Source: Camelus ferus (taxonomy: Eukaryota). From it: a stretch of DNA of 64,000 bases. Within the stretch, counting starts at the first letter, position 1. Every line of letters begins with the position of its first letter. Below, in pieces: positions 12,393 through 22,440 of this stretch. Location of the stretch: contig NC_045697.1 of assembly GCF_009834535.1 (NCBI RefSeq), positions 10,478,001 to 10,542,000 on the forward strand, written 5' to 3'. A program made the translations under genes and the position numbers. The notes under the pieces are model-generated. The model saw nothing but the letters and a program-made list of their open reading frames with translations, did no database searches and was not told where the DNA came from.

Positions 12393-12720
12393 GTTATACT
12401 GGTTTCCTGTGGTTACTGTAATGAAGTGTCACATACTCGGTAGCATAAAACAATAGAAATTTATTTTCTCACAGCTCTGGAGGCCGGAAGTCATAGATCA
12501 TGGTGTTGTCTGGGCCATGCTCCCTGAATGCTCTAGAAAAGAAGCCTTTGCCTGTTGGCTTGTGGATACATCACTCCAACCTCTGCCTCCGTCATCACAT
12601 GGCTGTCTTCTCTTTGTGTGTCTCTGTCATTTTCTCTTTGTGCACGTCTGTCTCTGTGACCAATCTTCTCCTTCTTATAAGGACATCAGTCTTACTGGAT
12701 TGAGACTCACCCATCCTAAC
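12393..12720 (-). mobile_element. MLT1 (MaLR) LTR
   Basis: aaacaatagaaatttattttctcacagctctggaggccggaagtc; cttataaggacatcagtc. Confidence 0.8.
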
Positions 12721-13116
12721 TGCATGGTGTCACTTATATGTGGAATCTGAAAAAAAAATGTCAAACTCAGAAACAAGAGAGGAGATAAGTGATTTCCAGG
12801 GGCTGGAAGGTGGGGAGAAGTTGGTTCCAACTTTCAGTTATAAGATGGATGTGATCCGAGGATCTAATGTACAGCCTGGTGACTATATTTGCTGACACTG
12901 TATTGCATAACTGATATTTGCTATGAGAGTAGGACTTAAATGTTACCATCCAAAAAAAAAAAAAAAAAGAATATGAGGTGATGGATGTGTTCATTAACCT
13001 GATGAGGGAGAATCTTTTCATAAGGTGTGTGATATCAAATTATTACTTTGTACACTTTAAATGTCTTACAATTTTATTTGTCAATTATACACCAATAAAA
13101 AATAAATAAAAATAAA
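12721..13116 (+). mobile_element. L1 3' end with A-rich tail, sense orientation in CD38 intron 3
   Basis: cacttatatgtggaatct ... tttatttgtcaattatacacc followed by aataaaaaataaataaaaataaa. Confidence 0.85.
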
Positions 13117-13683
13117 TGTCTGTGCACTAAGGCAGATATCCTTGGGAGAAATAACACAGAAACTATGTATTCACGCCTTGTGTCTGTGGTTCCTCCCCGA
13201 CAGCTGAGCCTGTCAGGACGGAGAGAATGCAGAGAGACTTTGAGGGCATCTGAGCCTAAGGGTGTGGGGACTGAGGGAAGTGGGAGGAAGGCTGTCAAGA
13301 AGAGGGGGTTGGCAGGGAGCAGAGGGGAGACTGACAAGAGGGGCCCCTGTGGGCCCAGTTTTATCTGCAATGCTCCCTGGAAGAGGGAGTAATGTTGGGG
13401 CTTGTCTCTGTCAGATGAGCTTTAGCTGCATTTCCCAGAATGATGACTCAAAGCTGGTCACCGTGTTCCTGTCTGGGATTTGGAGGGTAAGGTAAGGACT
13501 TGGAAGGGATTCAGGGGGCACTTAGTTAAATTGGGCTGAGATGTGTCCATTCTCCATCCTCCATCTTGGCAGTGCTGCCATTGAAAAGTGGCTCCACTGT
13601 GATCCAATAGCTGGGAAAGAACAGAGATGAATTAGACCCTTTCTTTTCCACTTTAATTATTTCTCTGTAACTATGTCTTTCAG

Positions 13684-13769
13684 AAATGAACTATCAGTCT
13701 TGTCCAGACTGGAGGAAAGACTGCAAGAACAACTCTGTGACTGTATTCTGGAAGGTGCTGTCCAAAATG
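13684..13769 (+). CDS. CD38: CD38 exon 4 (86 nt): (E)[28 protein letters not shown]
   Basis: Acceptor tatgtctttcag ends 13683; donor gtaagt at 13770; W189 and S193 equivalents present. Confidence 0.97.
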
Positions 13770-14386
13770 GTAAGTAAGTGAAATCCTAGAACCCTGGAGA
13801 CCAAAGAGCTTCAGAGGTCATCCAGTCAGTGATTGGTTTTAATTCATTTGGGATCACAGGCCCTCTTAGAAACAAAGTTCAGAATTCTTTCCTGAGAAAA
13901 ATGTTCGTAAGCACACACCAGAAGATTTTCACATAAAAATTTCGGGCATCTATTGAAGGTCCCTGGGCTCCCATTAAAGACTCCTGCTCTTGCCCATTTT
14001 TTGGCTTTGGTTGCCAGGCATCTCTGGCTTGGTTTAATCCTCTGCTGTGAGGATTGGCCGACTTTAGATTCCTGGAACAGTCTTAATTATCTACATTTGC
14101 AGACCATTTACTGTGTGCCAGGTGCGGTCCTCAGGTCTTTAACGTGGATTAAAATCCTTTAGTCTCACCAGAATCCTGACATAGGTCCCATGAGCATCAC
14201 ATCCGTTTTACAGATGACAGGTGGAGGTGCAGGTAAATAAGGATGCTACTAAATGTGCCCAGTAAGGGGCAGACCTGGGTGCTTATCCCAAACTGTCCGA
14301 CTCTAGATCCAGAATCCAGGCTGGGAAATTCTCCCTGACCTCCCCTCTATCTACTTCTGATTCTAGCTGCCTTTGTGCATATTTAT

Positions 14387-14475
14387 CTATTTATTTTAAT
14401 GGAGGAACTGGGGATTGAACCCAGGACCTCATGCCTGCTGAGCACACGCTGTACCACTGAGCTATACCTTCTCCC
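14387..14475 (-). mobile_element. tRNA-derived camelid (Vic-type) SINE, short form
   Basis: Reverse complement reads gggagaaggtatagctcagtggtacagc...gtcctgggttcaatccccag with A and B boxes; 13-bp TSD tgtgca(t/c)atttat (14374-14386 and 14476-14488). Confidence 0.88.
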
Positions 14476-15047
14476 TGTGCACATTTATTTGTCTTCTGAG
14501 TTGCTTGCTTGCAAGTGGACTAGGAAAAAAGGGGAGAGAAAGAAAAAAAGAAATGAATAGAAAAAAGAGGAGAAAATAAAACTATACTACTCAGATTTCT
14601 CCAAAATTAAATTTAGACATCTGAGGAGCTAGGGTGGGTGAAGACTCACATTTGTTAAGCGCATATTTATGAAAAGTCCTGGGCCAGGTCCCTGACCCGT
14701 GTCGTCTCATTCAGTCCTCACCATTGATGCTGTGAGAAGGTACAGATCCCCCTGTTCCAGGTAAGAGGTTAAGTGACTCATTCAAGGTCAATGGGCTGGT
14801 AAGTAGCAGAGCTGAGAGCCTAAGCTACCTTAAGGAGATTCAGGCAAACCCTGGGATGGTTGAGAGAAGGAGATAGCCTGAGGTTAGAAAGAAGGAAACT
14901 GCTTAAACTTGAACAGATTCTTTTAACTCTTCTGCCCTTCAGATTCCTTATCTGTCAAATAGAGATAAAAATAATGCCTGTCCTGTAGGGTTGCTGCAAA
15001 GGTTAAACAAGATACCGCCATCCCATCAGCCAACTCAGAATGCATTC

Positions 15048-15107
15048 AACAAATATTTGTGGAGTACCTACTATGTGAACAAATATTTGTTGAGTACCTA
15101 CTATGTG
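15048..15107 (+). repeat. 30-bp tandem duplication in an L2-like tail
   Basis: aacaaatatttgt(g/t)gagtacctactatgtg x2, one mismatch. Confidence 0.9.
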
Positions 15108-16824
15108 CTGTGAAAATTAGAGGCACTCCAGATTTGTTGTTGTTTTTTGCTGGCTTTGCTGGAGAAGAGTTTCGATTTATGTTATCCCTCTATGATACGT
15201 TTTGTGGCAGTGCTGTTGCTGAAAGCATTTAAAGCCAAGTCACATTTTACATGTGTCAAGCACCTACATGTGTTCTCCACACTGTCCTTGGGGCTGGGAG
15301 TCCAGCGAAGGGGATGGCAGGCGCCCTACCTCTGTGAGCCCCCTGGGACCGCTCCTTTATCTTGGCCAGATGCTCATAGATGTATGTAAGTGGGCTTCTT
15401 TCGTCCAGCTAGATCCTTTCTTTTCAGGCAGTGCTGCTTGGTGGTTTGAATCCTCGTCTCATTTTCTCACTTCCAGGTGACGTGACTTTGGGGCAAATCG
15501 ACCCAATACTTACTGTGTGGGGCTGGTGAGAATTCTGTACTGCAGGGTCAGTGTTTGGACCTGCTAAGCACTCTGCTGACTCAGCACTTGTGATGGATAA
15601 TCATTGGACCTCTCTCCTCTGCTCATAACCCCTGGTAGAAAGACGGACGCCTCATTGAATTTTCACAGTTCTCTTTCAAATTGTTCAGTGGTGCTTTATC
15701 TCCTGCAGAGGACAGGCCAGATTCCTTGGCAAAGCATTCATGGTCCTCCAAGAACTGACATATCTACCCAACTCCAGCATCTACTGAATGTTTCCCCAGG
15801 ATGACACTCTTCTCTCACGCTCCTAGGCCCTTCTGTTTGCAGCTGCCTCAGCCTCTGCCAGGTGGAATCCTGGTCATCCTTCCGGACTTGGCTTTCGTGG
15901 TCCTCCATGACGCCTTTTCTGGGTCTTCCGCCATCTCCATCATGGCATATTTGGACTTCCTACTTCCTCTTTCCCTCCCTCCCTCCTTCCCTCTTCTCGC
16001 TCCACAGGTTTTCACTGGGCACCCACGCTGTGCCGTGTACGGGCTACGGGGCTCAGGGCTGGGGTGGGCAGTGGGACAGCCAGGCTCACAGCTCTCACAG
16101 GGCTCTCAGTGCCCTCGTGAAGCTGGTCTTCACAATGCGATACAGCTGGCGGATGTGAGAAGGCTATCTGACCTAGTCCCACCCGTGTGGCTGGGCCTTC
16201 TGGAAGAAACACGTAGATGGCTTAGTTTTGCACATTTCATTTTCCCTAGTGACTCGTGAAGATTCCAGCTGAATGTTTGTTGCATGAAGAAATGAAACCG
16301 CTGCTCAGAAATATTCACTCACGCATTCATTCATTCTCCATTTCTCCTTATGCTAGTGTAGCCTTCAGTGTCATCTTCTCTCCAGTTTCTTTTTTCTTGG
16401 TGTCCTATTTGTTTTACCCCTGAAGTGTCCAGTCTGCTCCCACTGGGTGAAATGTGCAGTGTCTACAGTGCATGGTACCAAGAAAGTGCTTTCATCCTCC
16501 TCCCCCAGCCGTGATGTTGCTCTTACTGATCTGGACTTCTGACTTCTGAATCACCAATTTGGCAACCATGACGTTGAACTTCATTGTTCAAATGCAGATT
16601 GGAGCAACTGCTTCCAGAACTCTTCTGGGAAGCATGATCCCTCCAATGGCTTGGGATGAAAATCACACAAACCTGGCATGACTGAGCTAGAACCTCACAG
16701 ACTGGTCTGTTCCTCCTTAACCCGCTAGCCGATGCTAAGAGCTGTTTTGAATGGAACTCCCGGTGCATGGCAATTAAGTTTGCATGCTAAAGAATGGTGT
16801 TTTTGTTTTGTTTTGTTTTTTAAG

Positions 16825-16898
16825 TTTGCAGAAAATGCCTGTGGTATGGTCCAAGTGGTGCTCAATGGATCCCTCAGTAACGCCTTTAGTAAAGACAG
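16825..16898 (+). CDS. CD38: CD38 exon 5 (74 nt): FAENACGMVQVVLNGSLSNAFSKD(S)
   Basis: T-rich tract plus taag acceptor ends 16824; donor gtactt at 16899; Cys201 equivalent and NGS sequon present. Confidence 0.96.
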
Positions 16899-17004
16899 GT
16901 ACTTATTTCTTTGCATCCTATTTGCAAGGGTTAGCACGGTTTCCTATTGAAGGCTGTGGATGCCTGAATAGGGTTAACGATGTTCTTGGTCTCTTCTATC
17001 TTAG

Positions 17005-17097
17005 CACGTTTGGAGGCGTGGAAGTCCATAATTTGCATCCAGAGAAGGTTCATACACTGCAGGCCTGGGTGATGCACGACATTGGAAAAAGCCCCAG
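17005..17097 (+). CDS. CD38: CD38 exon 6 (93 nt): TFGGVEVHNLHPEKVHTLQAWVMHDIGKSP
   Basis: Acceptor ctcttctatcttag ends 17004; donor gtgtgt at 17098; catalytic Glu226 equivalent is GAA at 17021-17023. Confidence 0.97.
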
Positions 17098-17442
17098 GTG
17101 TGTATTACTACCTTGTACCATATATTCTCAAGGTCGTTTTAGGAATCAATCCATGAAAGAATCCAGTCACAGGAATTCACTGAGAAAAGCCTGGCTCAGG
17201 AAATGAATGGGGCCTCACTCTACACTCACCCCGTTGCAACAGTCTCTTAATTTTATCTCCATAGTAGGCATCTGCCTAGTTACACCTTTCGCTCCCCCGC
17301 TGACCTGTGAGCTCTTAGAAGCTACCTCTGCTTCACCTCTTTACCCCACGACCCTGCCTGGGGCCTGCTACCTAGAAGAAACTAGGAGACAGCGAATGTT
17401 TGTGAGATCTTGTTATTTTAACACTTCTTCTTTCTTTCCCAG

Positions 17443-17529
17443 CGACTCATGCTCGGGTTCCTCCATAATGGACCTGAAATCGATTATGAGTAAAAGAAAT
17501 ATAAAATTCACCTGCCAGGATAACTACAG
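17443..17529 (+). CDS. CD38: CD38 exon 7 (87 nt): DSCSGSSIMDLKSIMSKRNIKFTCQDNY(R)
   Basis: Acceptor ttctttctttcccag ends 17442; donor gtaatt at 17530; Cys254 and Cys275 equivalents present. Confidence 0.96.
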
Positions 17530-19337
17530 GTAATTAACTACTTCTTGAAGAATAAATGGCCACCTTGCCACCTGCAGGCACCCTGATGGTGACCTGGGAT
17601 GGTGAGCCATGGTGACCTCTGTTCCTCCCCAGCCCAGCTCTGCCCAGAAGGCGTTTCCAGACAGTGGCCTTCAGTTGGCCACCTTTCTCCACCCTCTTTC
17701 CTCTTCCTGCCCCATACCACTCAAGCGGTGATTTGCCTCTAAAGCTGACCCAGGCTTGGAGGCATCTTTCCCAGTTTCCCATGCGAGAGGCCTGAGCTGG
17801 GATCCTAGCTTTCAGGGGAGCAGAAGCCGATTTTGCCAAATGCAAAGGATTTATAAAATCCTTGTGACCTGGCATAATTTTGCATGTGAAGTTTCCTTAG
17901 TTGGGTCTCAGGGTAGATGCCTAGCACTTGGTAAGTTGCCAAATGGCAGTTAACTAAGCTTTATCTTTAAAAAATTAAAATCTATAAAATCTTTTAAAAG
18001 GTTTTATCAGTAATACATGTTTATTAGAGCAAAGTTTACATTACAGATAGGCATATATTTTTAAAGTCACCTGCAACTCTGTTATCAAAACTGGGACCTC
18101 CCTCCATGATTTTTATAGTTGTGGCCAATTACTTAATATAGGCAGGGCTTCTTGCTAAAAGCATCTTTGGAAATTCTCCCATATAGGATAGTTACAAGAC
18201 AGACGCAGAGAGAAAAAGTGTTGCAAAGAATCTAGAAGCTGGAACGCTAGGACCCTCTTCCCACCTCCTTTCTGTCACCAGCCTTTCCCACTGACCATGT
18301 CAGAATGACAGAAGGACAGATTCAAGGAATAGTCACTGAGGGCTTTGTCTCCCGAATGACCTGAATTCTCCGTCAGTCAGCTGGCTTCTCTCTGGAAACT
18401 GCCAGAAAATAACACAAGCCTTCTACAGCGGTTCGGTGGGAAAACAGACAGAACAAAGGAACGACTATAAAAGAAACATGGCAGACAGCTGACCAGTCTA
18501 AGTTATTTAGAGACGTTTTGTGTTGGGAAAAACAGAATACTAAAACCTAGGAGAAGACTGGGGGTTGGAGATGAGTCTTATCTCCAAGACTCTTTGATCT
18601 TTTTTCTTACATTAAACATTCCCCCCTTTATTTTTTCACAAATGGCCCCAAACTGCACGGTCCTGGTAAACTCCCTCAGTCTCCACCTGGGAGGGATAAT
18701 TACACATCCCTACCACCTGGACTTGCCGACTGGCCCATCTAGGAAGGAAATGATTTGTAAGGCAGCGCCTGTCATTCAGAGCATCAGCTCATGTGACCTT
18801 AAACTTGGGGATCATATCTGCAATCACCGTTGGTCTTCCTCAAACATGAGGCCATAATATATTTAGCATGCCTCTTTGAATTGCCAGGCCCACAGGGTCC
18901 CTTGTTGCATCTAAGAGTTCTGTGGCTTTGCTAGAAGCCGCTTGTGTCCAGGGGAGCCCAGAGTGAATGTCACAGATACAGACATAGACTGTAATTTAAA
19001 TAAATCCGTCCCAAACATACCTTCCAGTTTAGCCAACTTTTGTCCAGCTGTTTCGCTGTGGTTGTTTAATAAGCAAAACAGAAGTGTGATTACGTTTATA
19101 TGGATTAGACCATCTACTGATTCAGCTCTTCCCCTTTAGTAAGTCCCACCACTCGGAGACAAACATGATTAACATTTGGGTGTATACCTTTAAAGTCTTT
19201 CTTTTTCATACATCAGTCTTGTAAAATGTACACAGAATTTCTTAACATGTGTTTTAATCAGTGGAGTGAACAGAACAGGACAGCACTTTTTTGGGGGATT
19301 ACTTTAAAAATAGCAAATGGTCAGAATGCTTTCTGGC

Positions 19338-19356
19338 TAGTGCCCCCTAGTGGCAC
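19338..19356 (-). promoter_or_regulatory. Strong CTCF motif in CD38 intron 7
   Basis: tagtgccccctagtggcac; reverse complement GTGCCACTAGGGGGCACTA fits the core CCASYAGRKGGCRS. Confidence 0.7.
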
Positions 19357-20507
19357 ATTAAAAAAATCTAGAGGGTGCATTTCTCCTTTTACGTTACTTC
19401 AAAATACAGTCTCTTATTTCATATATAATTTAAACACAAATTGTAATAGCATAAAATAGACTGCTTTAAGCAAAGTACTACATAATTAAAGGTCAAAGTT
19501 TGCAAAGAAAAATCTCCCTTGGAATTTTAGAGTCATTCCATTCAAGGTGTGTTTAACACCTTCAATTGTTATTCCTACCCGATGGTGTATCGATGAAAAA
19601 TGGTAACAGCATTTTTTAAAAGTTGTAGTAAAGAGGATGTAAGCCTTAGGAAACATCATTAGGGCAGTGGCTAAAAACTCAGTATTTTAAGTCGTATTTA
19701 AAATTTTCATTGTGAACTACCTTAGTTTTAAATTCATTATTTCTGTAAATTAGTAACTACATTCAATTTTTGTATTTGTTTACTGGGAATCATACCCAAA
19801 AGCTTGATTAAAAATATAAAGTTAATTTAAAAAAATACACTGTTTCTATCCATCAGTGTGTTATCCAGCATATCAAAAGTGTGTCCATTTTACTGAAACA
19901 TTGAATGTGAATATTTACATATTAATGGAGAGAGATTCTTTTAACAGCATAATTCCTGCCTCTTTTCTGAAATTGAATTCCCAATAAGTGACAAATTAAG
20001 AAACATATTCATATTCTGTTCATTTACTATAAAGTAAAGGTGGCTTCAAAAATCCTAAATAACCTTACAAAGATTCCTTTTTCATAGCATTATTTCCTTA
20101 AGGAAGCGGATACTACCCACCCTTCTCCCCCTCCCCTCCCCAATATATTCATGTGGGAGCTCCAGGCTACCATATTGGTGAGGATGGAGTGACTATACTT
20201 AGAGCCACTGTGATCAGCTGGTCATGGCAGTTGGCTAGATCCCAGAAGCCCAGGGGGTCAGGTAGCTGCCTTCTATGGATCTCTCTCTTGACTCACATTT
20301 AGCAAAATCAGGTTCAGCTGCAATTTAAGGAACCACTTCCCCACTCTCCACCCACCTCTTCCATGTGCCAGCATTGCCATTGGACTGTGTTGCTTTGTTA
20401 TCTAATTTTTATTAAAATGAGAGTCATTCACCTGCTAATTCTTATCTAGGAATTGTTCTGTGCAAAGGTTGTGTGGTCCCCTTGCTGATGGCGGCCAGCT
20501 GCCAGTG

Positions 20508-20555
20508 TTCCCCCAGTGGGTCTATGAACCCTTCCCCCAGGGGGTCTATGACCCC
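20508..20555 (+). repeat. 24-bp tandem duplication
   Basis: ttcccccagtgggtctatgaaccc / ttcccccagggggtctatgacccc, two mismatches. Confidence 0.85.
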
Positions 20556-20773
20556 CCTGTGCTGCCAGACCCTTTGACCTAACACTTCCTCATTTCAGGG
20601 TGCTGCTCCTGCTTTTTCTTTCTTGACCCTCAGCTGACATTAATAACACATATCTGTGATGTCTGAGCCAGACATCTGTTTTCATCTCCATGTATTCAAG
20701 CATCCCTTCTCCATATTTCTTTGGCTTCCCAAGTGAAATGAAATTCAATTGGGCCATCCTTTCATTCACTCTT

Positions 20774-20917
20774 TTTTTGTTTGTTTTGATTTTTTTGGTG
20801 AGGGGAGACAGGTAATTAGGTTTACTTATTTTTAGAGGAGGTGCTGGGGATTGAACCCAGGACCTTGTACATGCTAGGCATGTGCTCTACCCCTTGAGCT
20901 ATACTGTCCTCCCCCAG
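20774..20917 (-). mobile_element. tRNA-derived camelid (Vic-type) SINE, long form
   Basis: Reverse complement reads ...gtatagctcaaggggtagagcacatgcctagcatgtacaaggtcctgggttcaatccccagcacctcc...aaacctaattacc; perfect 12-bp TSD tcattcactctt (20762-20773 and 20918-20929). Confidence 0.9.
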
Positions 20918-21096
20918 TCATTCACTCTTGGACTTGACCTTTCTCCATGATGTTGTCAATGTAGGAGAGAAACTTGTGTGGATGCTAACAGTTCACGCAT
21001 GCTTTTGTTGTTAACGAAGGGGCATCTGTCCTTGGTGAATTGACCATAGGTGTATTGTATTGCCTCTTAATCTCCTTTTTTGTTTTTTCATCGTAG

Positions 21097-21160
21097 ACCT
21101 GTCAAGTTTCTTCAGTGTGTGAGAAATCCTGAGGATTCATCTTGCTCACTCAGGACGTGA
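21097..21160 (+). CDS. CD38: CD38 exon 8 coding part: PVKFLQCVRNPEDSSCSLRT*
   Basis: Acceptor ttttttcatcgtag ends 21096; TGA at 21158-21160; Cys287 and Cys296 equivalents present. Confidence 0.96.
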
Positions 21161-22030
21161 GCCAATCAACACGGTGGATCCCTTGCAGTATATGTCAACA
21201 TGCATGACTCAGGGGCCACGCTGGTGGAAACCAGAGGATTGGGGAGGATCCTCTGTCATAATATCTACACTGCAGATGGAAGCCTTTTCCTCCAAAGTCG
21301 TAAACTAACTTACATGATTGGTGTAGTTCTTATTTTGATCTCCTAATAGTCAAGAAAAAAATAATTGTTTTATAAAAATAGAATGGAGATTTTATAGTAA
21401 GTTATTTTATTTTAGTTTTCATATGATGCTTTCATGATGTTGATATGTTGGTAACATCCATTCTACTGAAGAATGACCACACTGAACCTCTCTTATTGGC
21501 AGGTCAAGAAAAGTAAATGCCTAGACTTTTCAGAAAAGGTTACATTTCTAAATGAATGATCTTGTCTCAGGATATATTTCTGTATCTTTCCTACAGATAA
21601 ACTATGAATGCCATGGTAATGGGTCACTTTGGGAGAAGTGTTCTGTGGGATATAAGCTACCCATATACTTGGTGCTTTAACTCCAGCCTTTCCAACAGCA
21701 CTATGAGTTAGACATTATCACCTCCCATTTGTTAATAATTTCCCTGGAGTCATACATTTAGTTCAAGGTAGAGAATGAATTTGAACTCAGCTTTATGCGA
21801 CTCCAAAATTCATGTGCTCTCTCTTTCTAGACCTAGAACACCAAACTGACGGTGCCTTATGTTCTCTTCCAATAAATACATGTCGGATTTAATCAAATAC
21901 AATAGGATCTGAAATATGATTATCCTTGGATGGCTTCAAAACCGATATATTTTTCCCTCCTCTTGCTCTTCCTTCTCATCATCTTATATATGTGTTAGGC
22001 AATTAAAATACGTATTTGTTTCTGATACTA
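21161..22030 (+). other. CD38: CD38 3' UTR with candidate poly(A) signals (AATAAA 21871-21876; ATTAAA 22002-22007)
   Basis: Follows the stop codon. The ATTAAA is followed by a U/GU-rich stretch (tttgtttctccc...gggtttgtttgttt). The true 3' end cannot be determined from sequence. Confidence 0.55.
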
Positions 22031-22440
22031 GCAATTTGTTTCTCCCTTGGGTTTGTTTGTTTCTCCTTTGAATTTTTCTTGATTAGTCTTGATGGTCACT
22101 TTTATTACTCATGCAAAGAACCAACCTGTAGCTTTGTTGATTTTCTGTTTATTTGGGTTTTGCTTTTCTCTCTTTTTAGAGATCTAGAGATTCCTTCTCA
22201 TTTCTTTGGGTTTTTTTATTCAGCTTCTTAAGGTGGAAGCTTAGATCGTTGATTTTTCAGCTCATCTTCTTTTCTTATATGTATGTTTTAGTACTGTAAA
22301 TTTTTCTGAGTGCTGCTTTAGCTGCATCTCTTAGATTTTGATATGCCTGTTTTCATTATTATTTAGTTAAAATGTTTTCTAATTTAATGGTTATTTGGAA
22401 CGTTGCTTAATTTTCAAGCATCTGGAGATTTTCTAGTCTT
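22030..22440 (-). mobile_element. Old L1M ORF2-region fragment
   Basis: caaagaaccaacc...ctttgttgatttt, tgctgctttagctgcatc, gttgcttaattttcaagc. Confidence 0.6.

Larger units (their letters stand above)
6584..21160 (+). other. CD38: CD38 gene, exons 2-8 (5'-partial; exon 1 outside window)
   Basis: Seven GT-AG exons splice in frame (670 nt) to (R)[222 protein letters not shown]. This is colinear without indels with human CD38 79-300 as recalled. All 11 ectodomain Cys expected in these exons, plus W125, E146, D155, W189, S193 and E226, are present. Confidence 0.97.

Noticed and set aside
14401-14475. tRNA-like sequence with A and B boxes (also 20835-20915)
   Set aside because: A-rich tails and TSDs identify them as SINEs, not tRNA genes
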